NCBI GenBank assembly: GCA_002269645.1
Contig: NIVC01000012.1
Coordinates: 496,001 to 560,000 of the forward strand
From: Macrostomum lignano
Lineage: Eukaryota
Direction of reading: 5' to 3'
Length of the DNA stretch: 64,000 bases
Position numbers and translations under genes: made by a program. Below, piece by piece: positions 1 to 22,757 of this stretch. The notes below the pieces were generated by a model. The model worked only from the letters and a program-made list of their open reading frames with translations, was not told the DNA's origin and ran no database searches. Numbering within the stretch: position 1 is the stretch's first letter; each line of letters starts with the position of its first letter.

Positions 1-236
1 AATGACTCATGGGAATCCCTTAGATGCTAGTGACTCATGGGAATCCCTCAGATGCTAATGGCTCATGGGGAATCCCTCAGATGCTAATGACTCATGGGGA
101 ATCCCTCTGATGTTAATGGCTCATGGGGAATCCCTCAGATGATAATGGCTCATAGGGAATCCCTTAGATGCTAATGACTCATGGGGAATCCCTTAGATGC
201 CGATGGCTCATGGGGAATCCCTCTGATGCTAATGGC
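1..236 (+). repeat. ~30-bp minisatellite (GGGAATCCCTCAGATGCTAATGGCTCATGG) in an AHR intron
   Basis: About 8 degenerate tandem units; related to the arrays at 25305-26368. Confidence 0.9.
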
Positions 237-271
237 TCTAACAGGCTATTTGTATAACAAAAAAGTCAAAC

Positions 272-10573
<10,302 letters not shown>

Positions 10574-11635
10574 GGTTTTAATGACCCAATCGTCTACCAT
10601 GACTTGTTGCGGGGTGGGTATAAGGTATGGAGTGGAATCGGGTAAGGAGTGCAAACCTTGCACGCGACTGAGACAGAGAGGATGAGGCGGCGCGGCGACC
10701 GTCCCGACTCAAAAACTGCCAGACGTCACGAACGACAGCGTCGACATCCTCGCGGCACAAAAATAGAGAAGTGCCCTCAGTCACGACAAGGGACGCAGAG
10801 CTATCAGAGACAAGGGGCGCACACGCAGACACCGTCGGATAGGCAAACGAGCAAACGAACGAGATATAGTTTAGCCTTTTTTTCTGCACGACAGGGCCGC
10901 GGACCGGGAGAAAGGGTCACAGTGGACACTATAGCGGCCAAGTCCCCTCTGTGCAGTAGAAGAAAAAGAAGCGAAGCTCTGCAAAGCTGAGCAGGGGAGA
11001 GGAGCAGACCGGGGTTGACACGCGATGTCGGCTCGCGACACTGCAGGATCTGCATGCAGGTCCCATTTTCGTGACTATAGGAGCTCGGGAGAGTGGAGGG
11101 TGAGGTGGTTGATAATTTAACCCTCCACTAGCTTGCCTAGGAAATAAGAGCGAGGCAGGGAATATCTGGCTGCATGCATTGGCGAGCGAATGGGGAAAAT
11201 TTTCCCAGCGACAGCGACAGCAAGTCTCCCCAGCACGGCCCACATAGATGATGTGGCTGGCAGGTTATTAAGCTGATTGCGAGAGTTGCGTGACAACAAG
11301 AGAGAGGCCGGAATCCGGATTTTTAAAAGCCAACCCCCCCTCAAGCCCCGAGCCCCTGCCCGCGATCCCACGAAGACGGCAACCCGTTTCTCTTCCCAAT
11401 CTTGCGCCAGCCAATCAGCGAAGGCCCGCTAGTAGACAGTTGAAGTCTCCAAACGGGATATGCAAGAATTGTCGCTTGCTGTTTGGTTCGGGGCGGGGTG
11501 GAGATTGTTGAAGCCGCCCAACAGCTTGCTGCAAATTCGGGACATACCAAATTGAAAACCAGGATGCCAGCTATAGCTGAGTCAAAAAGTTCTCAAAACT
11601 GAATAAAATACACTCTCTGACCTACAGAAGTTCTA

Positions 11636-11870
11636 GGGGGGCCGTAGCCCAGCGGTAGCGCAGCTGCTCTGGTGTGCCAGCTGCGACCCAGGCTCGATTC
11701 CCAGTGCAGTCACATTAATTTGGGGCTGAATTGGAATCTCAGCTTGGCTCTGCTCGTGCAATTAACGGCCTTGAGAGCCAACCCCCCAAGGCGCAGTGAA
11801 GTGTACATGCCTAACGATAAAATAAAGTTAGGGCCGCTGTACACTCCTGTGTGAGTGTGTGCCGCCTGCG
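11636..11870 (+). mobile_element. tRNA-derived SINE
   Basis: Pol III A-box-like TAGCCCAGCGG (11645) and B-box-like GGCTCGATTCC (11691) followed by a non-tRNA tail; no intact cloverleaf. Confidence 0.6.
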
Positions 11871-12072
11871 TACTTATCCGCGCGCTTGTATGCCTGCTCA
11901 GGGGAGTCGGCGGAATGGGCAGTAATGCCTCTCGCCGGTTGTGTGACAATGTCGCTTAAAGTGCGCCAGGGTGCACACAACCCCCCTGCCTCTAATAAAA
12001 ACAATACAGAAGTTCCACAGAATTCTCGAATTTGATAGAAGAGGACAATTGATAGAAGTCCTGAAATCCCAA

Positions 12073-12537
12073 GGCCTTGGGTTAGGCGCGGCACACATAC
12101 GGCCCACGAAGCCTCTCTATCCGCGCGGCTCTTAGATCCATGAAACTTCAAAATAAGCAATCTGGCTTGTGTCTCTTCTCAAGTCTCCCCTCCTCCGCGG
12201 AGTCTCCTTTCCCTCCTCTCCTCTCTCCACTCATCTACACTCTCATCTCTTATCATTAATCTCGCCTCTCTCCTCTCCCCACCTCTCCCCTCTCATATCC
12301 CTTCCCTCCTCTCCTCTCTCCACTCATCTACACTCTCATCTCTTATCTTTAATCTCGCCTCTCTCCTCTCATATCCCTTACCTCCTCTCCTCTCCCCTCT
12401 CATATCCCTTCCCTCCTCTCCCCTCCCCTCTCATATCCCTTCCCTCCTCTCCTCTCCCCTCTCTTTCTTCTCTCCTTTCTCCCCTCAATCTTCCCTCTCC
12501 CCACGCCTCCCTTCTCTTCCCTCTCCTCTCTTATCTC

Positions 12538-12586
<49 letters not shown>

Positions 12587-12648
12587 CCCGCAGTCATACG
12601 CTAGATTTTATATCATGCTCATACGTTGAAAAATTTTGCCGACCCTTG
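12073..12648. mobile_element. hAT-like MITE with CT-rich core (decayed left end)
   Basis: GGCCCAC..CGCGGCTC motif at the left; CT-rich core; CTCTGGCCCGCAGTCA and terminal TTTGCCGACCCTTG shared with the element at 47788-48175. Confidence 0.5.
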
Positions 12649-13785
12649 GGTGTCCGCAAATCTGCTGCAAATACATGTATGATTACTTTATCTTGCTTAA
12701 AACATCTGCAAACTTGCTTACCAATTAGTCGTAACCCGCAATAAATACCTTTAGTAAGTTCGCATCATTCATGTATAAATATATAAATATATATATCGAT
12801 AATTAGCACAAAACTTCAAGAGCAACTTGTCAATTTATTTATCAACTTTCAATTAATAGCAAAAAATGAATTGTAAGCCTCTGAAAACAACTTTTTAACT
12901 TTGCCGATCACAATAAAGCAGAATCAGAGAGCATCATGAGCAATTTCTGTTACTACAAAACAAGTGTGTCAATGTACAGCGAATGAAAATTGAAAACAGA
13001 CAAATTTAAGCAAAACAATTTTTGAATCTAAATTAAAAGTCGAAATTAATTGGGAAAAAAGAATTTAACCGGATTATAATAACCATGCGTCTCAAAAGAG
13101 AAATAAAAGCAAAAAATACTAAGCAATAAATTTGCACCAATTTAATGAAATTAAGTATGGTAATATTCGCTACTTGCTACTCAAATCGCATTGTCAGTAG
13201 TGCAGTTGGCATTTGTTCCTTATTTAAATCGAGGGGTTCTGCAAAATTTTTATGAATTTTTATGACAAGAAAATTTTAGCCAAAAACTGGGAAACTTTGT
13301 CAAACACCCGATCGAAAACGTCAAAAACAACCTATGAAGAAATAAAAAACTGGACTAGCCACAACTAATTAATGTCGAGTTACGAACGATTAAATGAAAA
13401 AAAACAAAAAAGTTGTTCACTAGAGCTCATAACAAAGGAAAAAAGCCTGCATTTTTTATAGCACACAATAATTAGAAAATAAAGTTATACATATTTCCTC
13501 ATTAACATGCTACTAGATTTTTTTCTCTAATCTAACAGATACGAAGCAAAGAAAGACAAACATTACTAAAAATAGTTTTTTTAATATATACTGCTTACTA
13601 TACTCACAATTATATGTAGAAAACAAGGACTCTGGCCCCTGTCAAGAACAAAAAAAATATTTCATAGTCCTTGCATAGTCCTTAGTAAAAGTACATCAGT
13701 AGTATATCACGAATTTATCAGACATAATAATCCATACTGACAGGCTGAAATCTTTCATAACTGAATTGTACCACACTGCAACGGC

Positions 13786-16700
13786 TCAATCTAGCTCTGA
13801 GTCTTCGGTCTCATCAACCACCGCCTGCCAGCCGCCTCTCTGCAGCACCCACTGGGCGTAGCGCTGATCAAAATGTCTCAGGCAGTTCCTCTTGACCAAA
13901 TCCAGCTGACTGGACTCGGCGCAGCGCTGGCAAAGCAGCCTGGTGACAACGTACAGCATGGCAACGCAGCGCCACGCCTGCAGGTCCCCTAGCAACAGAT
14001 GACTGAGGCGCTGGCTGAATGCTTCGTAGTCTGCTAGGCTGGAGAGCAGCGAGTCCAGAGTGGCGTCGTCCACGGGGGGCTTGCCTAGGGAATTTATAAA
14101 TAGATAGATGGATAGTGATAGATAGATAGATAGATAGATAGTGATAGATACATAGATGATAGATAGATAGATCAGACAGATAGATAGATAGATCAGATGG
14201 ATAGACCAGATAGATAGATAGATAGATCAGATGGATAGATAGATAGATCAGATAGATAGATAGATCAGATAGATAGATAGATAGATAGATCAGATAGATA
14301 GATAGATAGATAGATAGATCAGATAGATAGATAGATAGTGATAGATAGATAGATGATAGATAGATAGATTAGATAGATAGATAGATCAGATAGATAGATA
14401 GATCAGATAGATAGATAGATAGATAGATAGACAGTCGAGTCTCACCGTCGGCCCCCTGCCGCGCAGCACCCGGTCCTCCTTAGCCTGCAGCGCGGAGTCC
14501 AAGCAGAACGGCATGGATGGCCTCTGCCGATGCTGACTGCCGCATGGTTCAAAAAAGTCCTTAGCAACAAAATCCAGCATGGCGGCCACGTGATCCAGGC
14601 GATCCTCGCAGTCGCTGGGCGTCAGCTCGGCCCCGGCCGGCTGGTGACAGGCCCGGCCGAATTCCTTCACTATTCGATCCTTGCGCAACGGAACCCAATG
14701 ACGCTGACGCAATCGACGCTGCTTCGACGAGGCGGCAGCTTCGTTAACTTCTCGCCGGCGTCGATCCAGCGAACTCGACGACAAAGTTGGCGATTGAGTC
14801 GGCGAAGGGGAAACGTTGAAGGCCCGCTGAAACAGGGAGCCTTTGGCTGCAGCGGCAGACTGCAGCCCCGGGGAGATGAACAACGCGGCAGAGTCGGTGC
14901 TGGCCCGAGGGCGTCGATCTTCGTCGAAATTGAACACGGCGTTGTCGGGATCCGTGCCGATGCGCTTTAAACTGCTGCTGCCTGCTGCAATTATTTAATA
15001 CTGGTTTCTAAGAAAGGACTTTTCACAAAATCACAGAGCCGTTTTTTAAAGTCAGAATGCAGTTCATCAGGAATATAGAGGGCCGATTTCTAGGAAAGCA
15101 CAGGACCGACTTCCAAGAAATACAAGACCGATTTTTTTAAGAAATAACAGAACGTATTTCTATGAAATATCTGAAGCGTTTTGTAAGAATTTACAGGACC
15201 AATTTCCAAGAAACAACAGAACCGATTTTACGAAATAACAGAACCGGTTTCTTAGAAATAACAGGACCGTTTTCTAAGAAATCACAGGATCGATTTCTAA
15301 GGAATCACAGGACTGATATTTCTAAGAAAGCACAGGACTGATATATCTAAGAAAGCATAGGACTGATATTTCTAAGAAAGCATAGGACTGATTTTGTGGT
15401 AGTTGCGTCTACCACGGATGCTTGAGACTTTCAGGTAAATATGATTTGCTTAATTTTTTTGCTGACGTCATGCCACTTGATGGCCCGTGTGCTGCCCCAC
15501 CAATTGGTTTTTGTCCCCATGCTATGCCCCATCGGCGGCCCCATGCGATGCCATTTCCCTGTTTTTATTTTTCTTTATTGCTTTAAGTTACTGCCAGTTG
15601 AGGAATCCAGTGGTGGCTACCCATTTACCACCCACTGAATCCCCGGGTGCCCCGCCCTCTGGCAAGAAGAAACTAATATTTATACCGCGTTGTGGATGCT
15701 TGTTTTTCATGCGCTTGCTCTCTCTCTCTCTCTCTCTCTCTCTCGTGCTCCCCTTTATTGGGTTGCTCGCGTTTACGTTACACTAAACCTTAATATATAT
15801 TCAGCATCCGGCACGCCGGATCTCATATCGCCGTTAGGCCGTCTCTCTCTTTAACCTTTTAATATTTATCTTGAATTGTCGACAACAAATAATAAACCGC
15901 AACTTAATAATTAACAGTTCGTTCATTAAGCCCATAGCTTTCTATTGAATCATTTGCCCGTGGGGCGTAAAACAACCAAAAGTTCTCATCTCAAAGAAAG
16001 CTCTGAGAATTCAACGTTCCGTAATACGTAAATTACGGTGGTGGCAGCAACTACCCTACTGGAAGTAGCAAGTGCGACGAAACGACACATTAATTTACGG
16101 TGTCAAATCTCCGGTGTCTACCAACTGAACGACCGTGCCGCTCAGCGACCGCTCTGCTACGAATACGACTACCCTCCCCCGGAATTGAAGAAAGCACAGG
16201 ACTGATATTTCTAAGCAATCACAGAACTGATTTCTAAGAAAGCACGGTACTGATTTCTAAGAAATAACAGAATCGATTTCTAAGAATTCACAGGGCCAAT
16301 TTTAAAGAAATCAGAGAATAAATTGTAGATACGATCTAAATGAAATTTGAAGATGAATTTTACATCATCTTTGAGAACTGCTCTTTATAGCAGTTCTCAA
16401 TTTTGAGGATAAATTTCAACAAAATTTAAGGATTTCTTCCCTTAAATTCAAGGGCAGGTTTCTTTCAGTTTTTACTCGTAAGACAAAATTTTAAGACGCT
16501 TGAAACCTATTTTAACTGCTAACCTTCTCCACCAAGATTCGAATTCGATTCTTCATTAGTCGACGCAACTCGTTGCCTTCGTCGGCGATTTTGTCGACGT
16601 GCTGACTGATTCACTGACTGCTGCTGAGTATCGGCCTCATCTGCATCGAAAATCTTGCCTTCAACAATAGCCGAGTCTTCGGGATCGTCAATAGCGTTGG

Positions 16701-17688
16701 GAAAGATCGGCCTATCACCGGGATCAGAGTAAGCCACGGGGCGGCTCGCGCTACCCGCAACGTCTTCGTCTCCTACGGAACCCGTCAGTTCGCCGTCGAC
16801 ATCGCTGTAACTTTCGCCGGTATCTTGCAGTTCTAGCAGCCTGAGGGGATTCCAGGTTGGGAAGGAAGGGAAATCTGAGGTGAGAATCGGGAAATCTCAG
16901 GTAGACAAGGGAAATCCGAGCGGAGAGTTGAGAAATCTGAGGTGAGAATGGGGTAATCCCAAGTAGACACGGGGAAATCTGAGGTGTGAATAGGGAAATC
17001 CCAGGTAGACAGTAGGAAAACTGAGGTGAGAATGGGGATATCCGAGGTAGACAGTGGGAAAATCCGAGCTGAGAGTTGGGAAATCCCAGGTAGACAGTGG
17101 GAAATCCCAGGTAGACAGTGGGAAATCCGAGCTGAGAGTTGGGAAATCCTAGGTAGAGTGGGAAGTCTGATGTGAGAATGGAGAAATCTCAGGTAGACGG
17201 TGGAAAATCTGAGGTGAGAATCGGGAAATCCCAGATAGTCAATGGGAAATCCCAGGTAGACAGTGGGAAATCCCAGATAGACAGTGGGAGATCCGAGCTG
17301 AGAGTTGGGAAATCCCAAGTAGATGGTAGGAAATCTGAGGTGAGAATCGGGAAATCCCAGGTAGACGGTGGGAAATCCGAGCTGAAAATTGGTAAATCCC
17401 TGTAGACAGTAAACAATGGGTCATTTGAGGTCAACAATGACAACAAATGTCATCAACTTACTTGATAAACGATGGTTTCTCACTAACTGCAGACAAGTGC
17501 TCAGCCAAATTGACACTGAAGCTTCGTGTCAAAAAAATCTCCAACAATGTTCTCGCCTCATTGGTCACAATGTCAGCAGTTGCACTAGATGGCTGAAGTG
17601 ACTGGGAGCGTCGAAGCGAGAGACCTGAGGACTGTGAGTGGCTGTCATCACCACTGTGGTTTAGTGATTGGTCACCTTCTGTAGCCAT
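13786..17688 (-). CDS. Bcl-2-family protein with long acidic/Ser-rich N-terminal region and no C-terminal TM anchor (BCL2L12/BCL2L14-like), ~458 aa
   Basis: Exons (minus): 17462-17688, 16524-16840, 14446-14984, and 13786-14079 (or 14084; see finding). Motifs: BH2 QWVLQRGGWQAV, degenerate BH1 GDLQAWRCVAML, BH3-like DHVAAMLDFVAKDF, N-terminal BH4-like EARTLLEIFLTRSF. The protein ends in DETEDSELD*. Confidence 0.8.
14100..14432 (+). repeat. (GATA)n microsatellite filling Bcl-2-like intron 3
   Basis: Direct inspection. Confidence 0.97.
15080..16320 (+). repeat. Degenerate ~22-25-bp minisatellite (TTTCTAAGAAA..ACAGGAC[C/T]GA) split by an ~800-bp insertion
   Basis: Units at 15080-15392 resume at 16188-16320. 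Confidence 0.8.
15393..16187. mobile_element. Dispersed repeat inserted in the minisatellite; CpG-intact copy (homologous to 22507-22757 over its 3' ~240 bp)
   Basis: Interrupts a tandem array. 15945-16190 aligns collinearly with 22507-22757. Begins with hairpin GTGGTAG-N6-CTACCAC. No TSD visible. Class unknown. Confidence 0.65.
16860..17405 (+). repeat. 21-bp minisatellite (GGGAAATCCCAGGTAGACAGT) filling Bcl-2-like intron 1
   Basis: Degenerate tandem units. Confidence 0.9.
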
Positions 17689-20600
17689 GCAGTGGAGAAA
17701 TAGCTACAATTGGTATGATTGGTTCTCTGATTTTCTCTAGCAATGGCATATAGTCTTAGGATAGTTACCTAATCTTACAATTCCCTAATGTTTTACAGAG
17801 GCAGATACTATTTAGTAATAAGTCTTTGTTACATTTCAAAATGAACTTGTAATAATTTATTAATAAACAAATAACCAACCAATATATGCATGTGTTATGC
17901 ATAATAACTAATAAGTCTAGAGGATAGAGGGGCCTAGTCATTTTCATTGGAAATTCCAATATGCACTTGACTTGGCAATAGACTTTAGTGTGCCTTTTGT
18001 TTGCATAAAATTTAAATGTTACATATATTAGCAAGTATACTACTCAAAAAAGTAATTTTAGCATATGCCTACCTACCAATAAACTATTTTTAGTATATGG
18101 ATTAAGATTACTCTAGTTCATAATTATCACATTAAATTTTTTATTCTTTTCTCTCTAGTATGAAAATGTAATTAAGGAATAGTTTTTAATGAAAACAATA
18201 TTATATATTCTTTAAAATAGTTGTAATAGTAAAATTTTATTATTCTTAAGTTGATGGTCCTATGTATATAAATATAACATAGCATGGCCTAGGATAAGAT
18301 ATGCTAAAGGCAGGCTATGCAGCAGTTAAGTCGATATATAGGATACATCAGATAATTGCAACATTTCTTGAAAAAAAGCATTATAAGAAATAGCAAGGAC
18401 TTAGGCCTAGCCATTACTAGAAATCTCATACTTATAAACAGAAAGATAACTGAAGATTTAGCCATAATTTTATTAGCTTTATTAAGCCTCAGTTGCAATG
18501 GAAAAGGCAAATCATTAGCTAATTTTGTAATAAATAACAAAAGTTGCTTACTACAAATATTGCAATTAATCTAATACATTTTATATAGGCCTACTAGTTA
18601 GGTAAGGTAAGCCATTGTAAATATACAAGTTAGGCCATACAAAATAAATAAATGAACAAGAGGTCAAAGTGACTTATGTATTTGAAAGGTTAAAATAGAT
18701 TTAAAATTGAGATAAATAAAAATTTAAATTAATGTATATTTGTTTCCAATTAGTATGGAACCATTTAGGGTTAAACAATATAATATTTTTCTAAATTTTT
18801 GAGATTTTTAAGACTCAGGATCTATACTTTCAAGATAATCAATATTTGGTAAAGTGGCTCGCTTGATGAAGAGTAGATAAATAAAGGTAAATATCAACAT
18901 GAAGTATTATTTGAGTTGCCGATGCATTTCGTCCATTTGCATTAGGACATCGTCAGGGTCTTTTTATTGAGAAACAATTTGAACGAATATTCAGTATATA
19001 TAGATAGTTGAGAGTAACAAGAGTAGTTGAATTGAGTTTTTAATTGATGGTTTAAAACTTGTACATAGTAATCAATTTTTGATACAGTATTGGTTGGGTA
19101 AAGTGCATATCAGTTTCAAGCCAGTCCGGTCATTGACAAATTGATAAATATTTACCTTTATTAATCAATATTTGAAATTAAGCTTAATTAGTATCTATCT
19201 AGTAGTAGGCTTATTTGCAAATTATACTATTCTATCAATCAACACTAATTTGCTAAATGTATAAAATGATGATAACAGAAGGAAAAACAATTATTATATC
19301 CTATATAATATTGAGCTTGTCAATAACTTGATATGTATTGTAGGCCTATCAAATATAAATAAGATAATATTATACCATAGTCGGGAAGGTGGCACAGTGT
19401 GCGCTGGAACTATTTTGATAGTTTTTGAGCACTGTGCACTGTGTGCCATGAAGAAAATATTTTGTGTGCCGCAGTGCACCATGATAAGGTAAGTCTAAGG
19501 TAAGGTAAGGTAAGGTAAGGTAATTAATAATTCATTGGTAAACAAATTTGAATTTATGGTAGATAAATTTGAATTTCATTTACGTATTTTATATCGTGAT
19601 TTACATAATTTTAGTACTCTTTAATAGTATAACATTTTATTTTACGAATTATGGAATTAGGCCTGATACTATATATTTTGCAAAGTATAACAAAGTGTAA
19701 CTATATATTTTTTCAGCGCCATGCGCCATGTGTGCCGCCAGAGCATTTCCAATTTTTCCTTGTACCCTATGTGCGCCGTGTGTGCCAAAAAAGGGCCAAT
19801 TTGTGCCGGAAAATTCACCAAAAACTGCCACCTTCCCAGCTATGGTATTCATAGTCAGTAAAATCACCAAGTGCAAGGCAATAATCACATAGATAGGCCT
19901 ACTTGAAAACTTTGACATTTTTGAGATCTCGAAACTGAGAGAGATTTAAATTTTAAAAAGTGACAATATCTTGACAATCGAGATCGAGATTGAGATCTTG
20001 TCCGACCCCTAATGGCCCTAAGTCCAAGAACCATCAACTTCTTAGGACATAAGTCACATAACCAGATAACCCTACCTTTTGCAGTTTTGGTAAACCATCT
20101 AGTTCTAGATTCTAGGATTTATATGATGTCAAGAATTTTACAATAGATAAATATATTCTAATAGAAACGTTTATAGTAGCATAGGATATTCTATCGTAAT
20201 AAAAAATAAATTGCATTTTCAACTTGAGATATTTATTAATCGAAAGATATTGTAGTTTGTACTAGTTTCTATTTATAATAATACAGATTGAGTAAATGAG
20301 TCATATTTGACAAACTATTAAAAAAGTCAAGTTTTGTGGCATATTTGAACTCATTGAATAATTATAAATTTATTGTTATTAGAATATTTAATTAAGTATG
20401 GAAGCTAAGCAAGACACTTCGGTGCCAGACATTTATTTCGGCCGTATTTTGACAGGCGTTTTCGGGGTGTTTCAAAGAAAGGTATACAGTCAAAAATCTG
20501 AAAAGCAAGTGATTAGAACAAAACCTAATTACATTACAGAAGTAAGCAAAAGAATACTTTTTTAATTTATATATATTTTGCACTATTGTTTTTGTTTCGA

Positions 20601-22506
20601 AGTAAAAACATTTATATATAGTTGATATTGACCTTAAAAAAATTTTCTTCGAAGGATCAACTTGAACGAAAGTCAATAGTTAGTTGTCACTTGTCAATTC
20701 GAATATATGCTAGCTAGGCCTATGTGCATGTATGCTTGTCTTATATGCATCCTTATTAATCGATCCAATTTAACTACCACTACCACATATGCAGCTGGGA
20801 GCAAGTGCACAGAAATATAGCTAAGTATTAAATTCAGGTATCAGGTATGGTAGGGGCCTCAACTCAAAGATCCTAGGATCTTGGCAAATATATAGAAAAA
20901 TATTAAATTAGAAAATTAAATAAAATACCATTTTGATTGTTTTTTTTCTTTATGAAAGTCTTTTCTAATATTATTATTAGAAACTTGAGAAAGAGTTTCA
21001 CGACTTGCCAATATATAAATAAATTTTTATGCATAATTTTCTGGCAAAAAATTGTTTGTTCAATGTATTTTTCTTAGTCGAATTTCTTTGTTCTACACAC
21101 TTGATGTGTAAAGTATACCTTGGTTTAGACATGTGCAACCTTTCTAATTTATACTAGGGGCCTAGCAACAACTTACTTTTTGACCAAAAGCAACTTATCT
21201 ATAAAAGAAACCCTAAAACAAAAACTAACAATTTTGGATAAGGCCTATCAGCAAAAATAACTTTGATTATCTTATTAGGCTCCCTATTGGAATAAATGTT
21301 AAAAACCCGCAGACGCGCGCTTTAGAAAAAAGTCAAACTATTTTACCGCGCTTTAGGATTATTACTCCAATAATATTTAACAAATAAGCATAACAATATA
21401 CAATATATACATATATATTGCTTTTGTAATTTATGGCATAACAGATTTAATTGTGAAATTTATTGCATTAAAATTTTATTATTCAGTTTAATAATGTAGA
21501 ATTGAAGGCAAGGCAATATAGGTAAAGTTAATAAAAACTTTTATTCATTTCCAAATTCTAAAGTACAAATAAACCAAATAATATTTTATATCTACTAGTA
21601 GACAACTCTTAGGACTAAAACTCTGCCTAGCCTAGGTCTAGGACTTTGGTTTATTAATAACTGACAAAAATTTAATAATTTTTTTATATCTTAAATTGTT
21701 TACATGTGCAGTTAACTATTTTTCCAATCCCAGAACTATTTTCCCTCCCTGGGACATGTTTCATCAGTTTCCCCTATCCCATTTTGTTTTTTGTCACTCT
21801 CCCCTTGCTAGATTGTTTGTTTTCCCTATATTGTCTAGTCTGTTTTTTCCCTTCTCCCCTTTGCTTTTTGGGTATCTATCTGCTGTTATCCCTTTTGGGG
21901 CCACTTTTTCCCTCATTTGTTCCAATCAATGTTACCCCAGTTGTGCCCTATATATAGAACTTTATTTCTGCATAAATTCTGACATTTTTCTTCTGAGCTG
22001 CTCATCTACTTTACTATTTTAATTTAGATCTATGGCAGCCCAATCAGCATGTAGCCAGCGATTGCGAGTACATCTGCACTGAAACTCCCTGCCTGCCAGG
22101 CTGGGGTGGGTGTACTTAGACAGACAGTATGCTAAGTCGGGGGGGGGGTTGGCCTTCAATCGTGCCACCTTTTTGGCGCACCTCCCCATGTGATCGCGTG
22201 CTTATTTATACTTAACATGTAAAGCAAATAAACTTTCAATTTTCTCGCTTGCAACTTACTTCATTTTTGCAAGTCGCTAAAGGTCTTTATGTTTTATTTT
22301 GTTTGGTGCTATTGTGTTTAAGCCTCTTGACCTAGCGTATTCATCCAGTAGCTTAGCACCATGGTTTGCCAAATCAAGCTCATTATAAATGAAGTAATTT
22401 ATAATATCCTTCTATTTTCCTAGCCTGCTAAACAAATTATTATAAATAAATATGAACTAGTAATTGCTTAGTATTTATTCATTGACCAATCAAGCCATAG
22501 TATATC

Positions 22507-22757
22507 TTGAGTCATTTGCCCATGGGACATGGGGCATAAAACAACCAAAGTTCTCAACTCAAGGAAAGCTCTAAGAGTTAATTGTTCTGTAATATGTAAA
22601 TTATGGTGGTGGCAGCTCTACCCTACTGAAAGTAACTAGCTCAACAAATTGACACATTAATCTATGATGACAAATCTCCAGTGTCTACCATTTGAATAAC
22701 CATGCCGCTAATGACTACTCAGCTACAATTACAACTACCCTCCCCCCTGGACTTGAG
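22507..22757 (+). mobile_element. CpG-decayed copy of the repeat at 15945-16190
   Basis: Manual alignment: 18 of 19 CpGs of the other copy are TG, CA or TA here. Confidence 0.85.

Noticed and set aside
11636-11710. Possible tRNA genes (also 27318 and 27100)
   Set aside because: A/B boxes are present but there is no consistent acceptor or anticodon stem, and they continue into SINE body sequence
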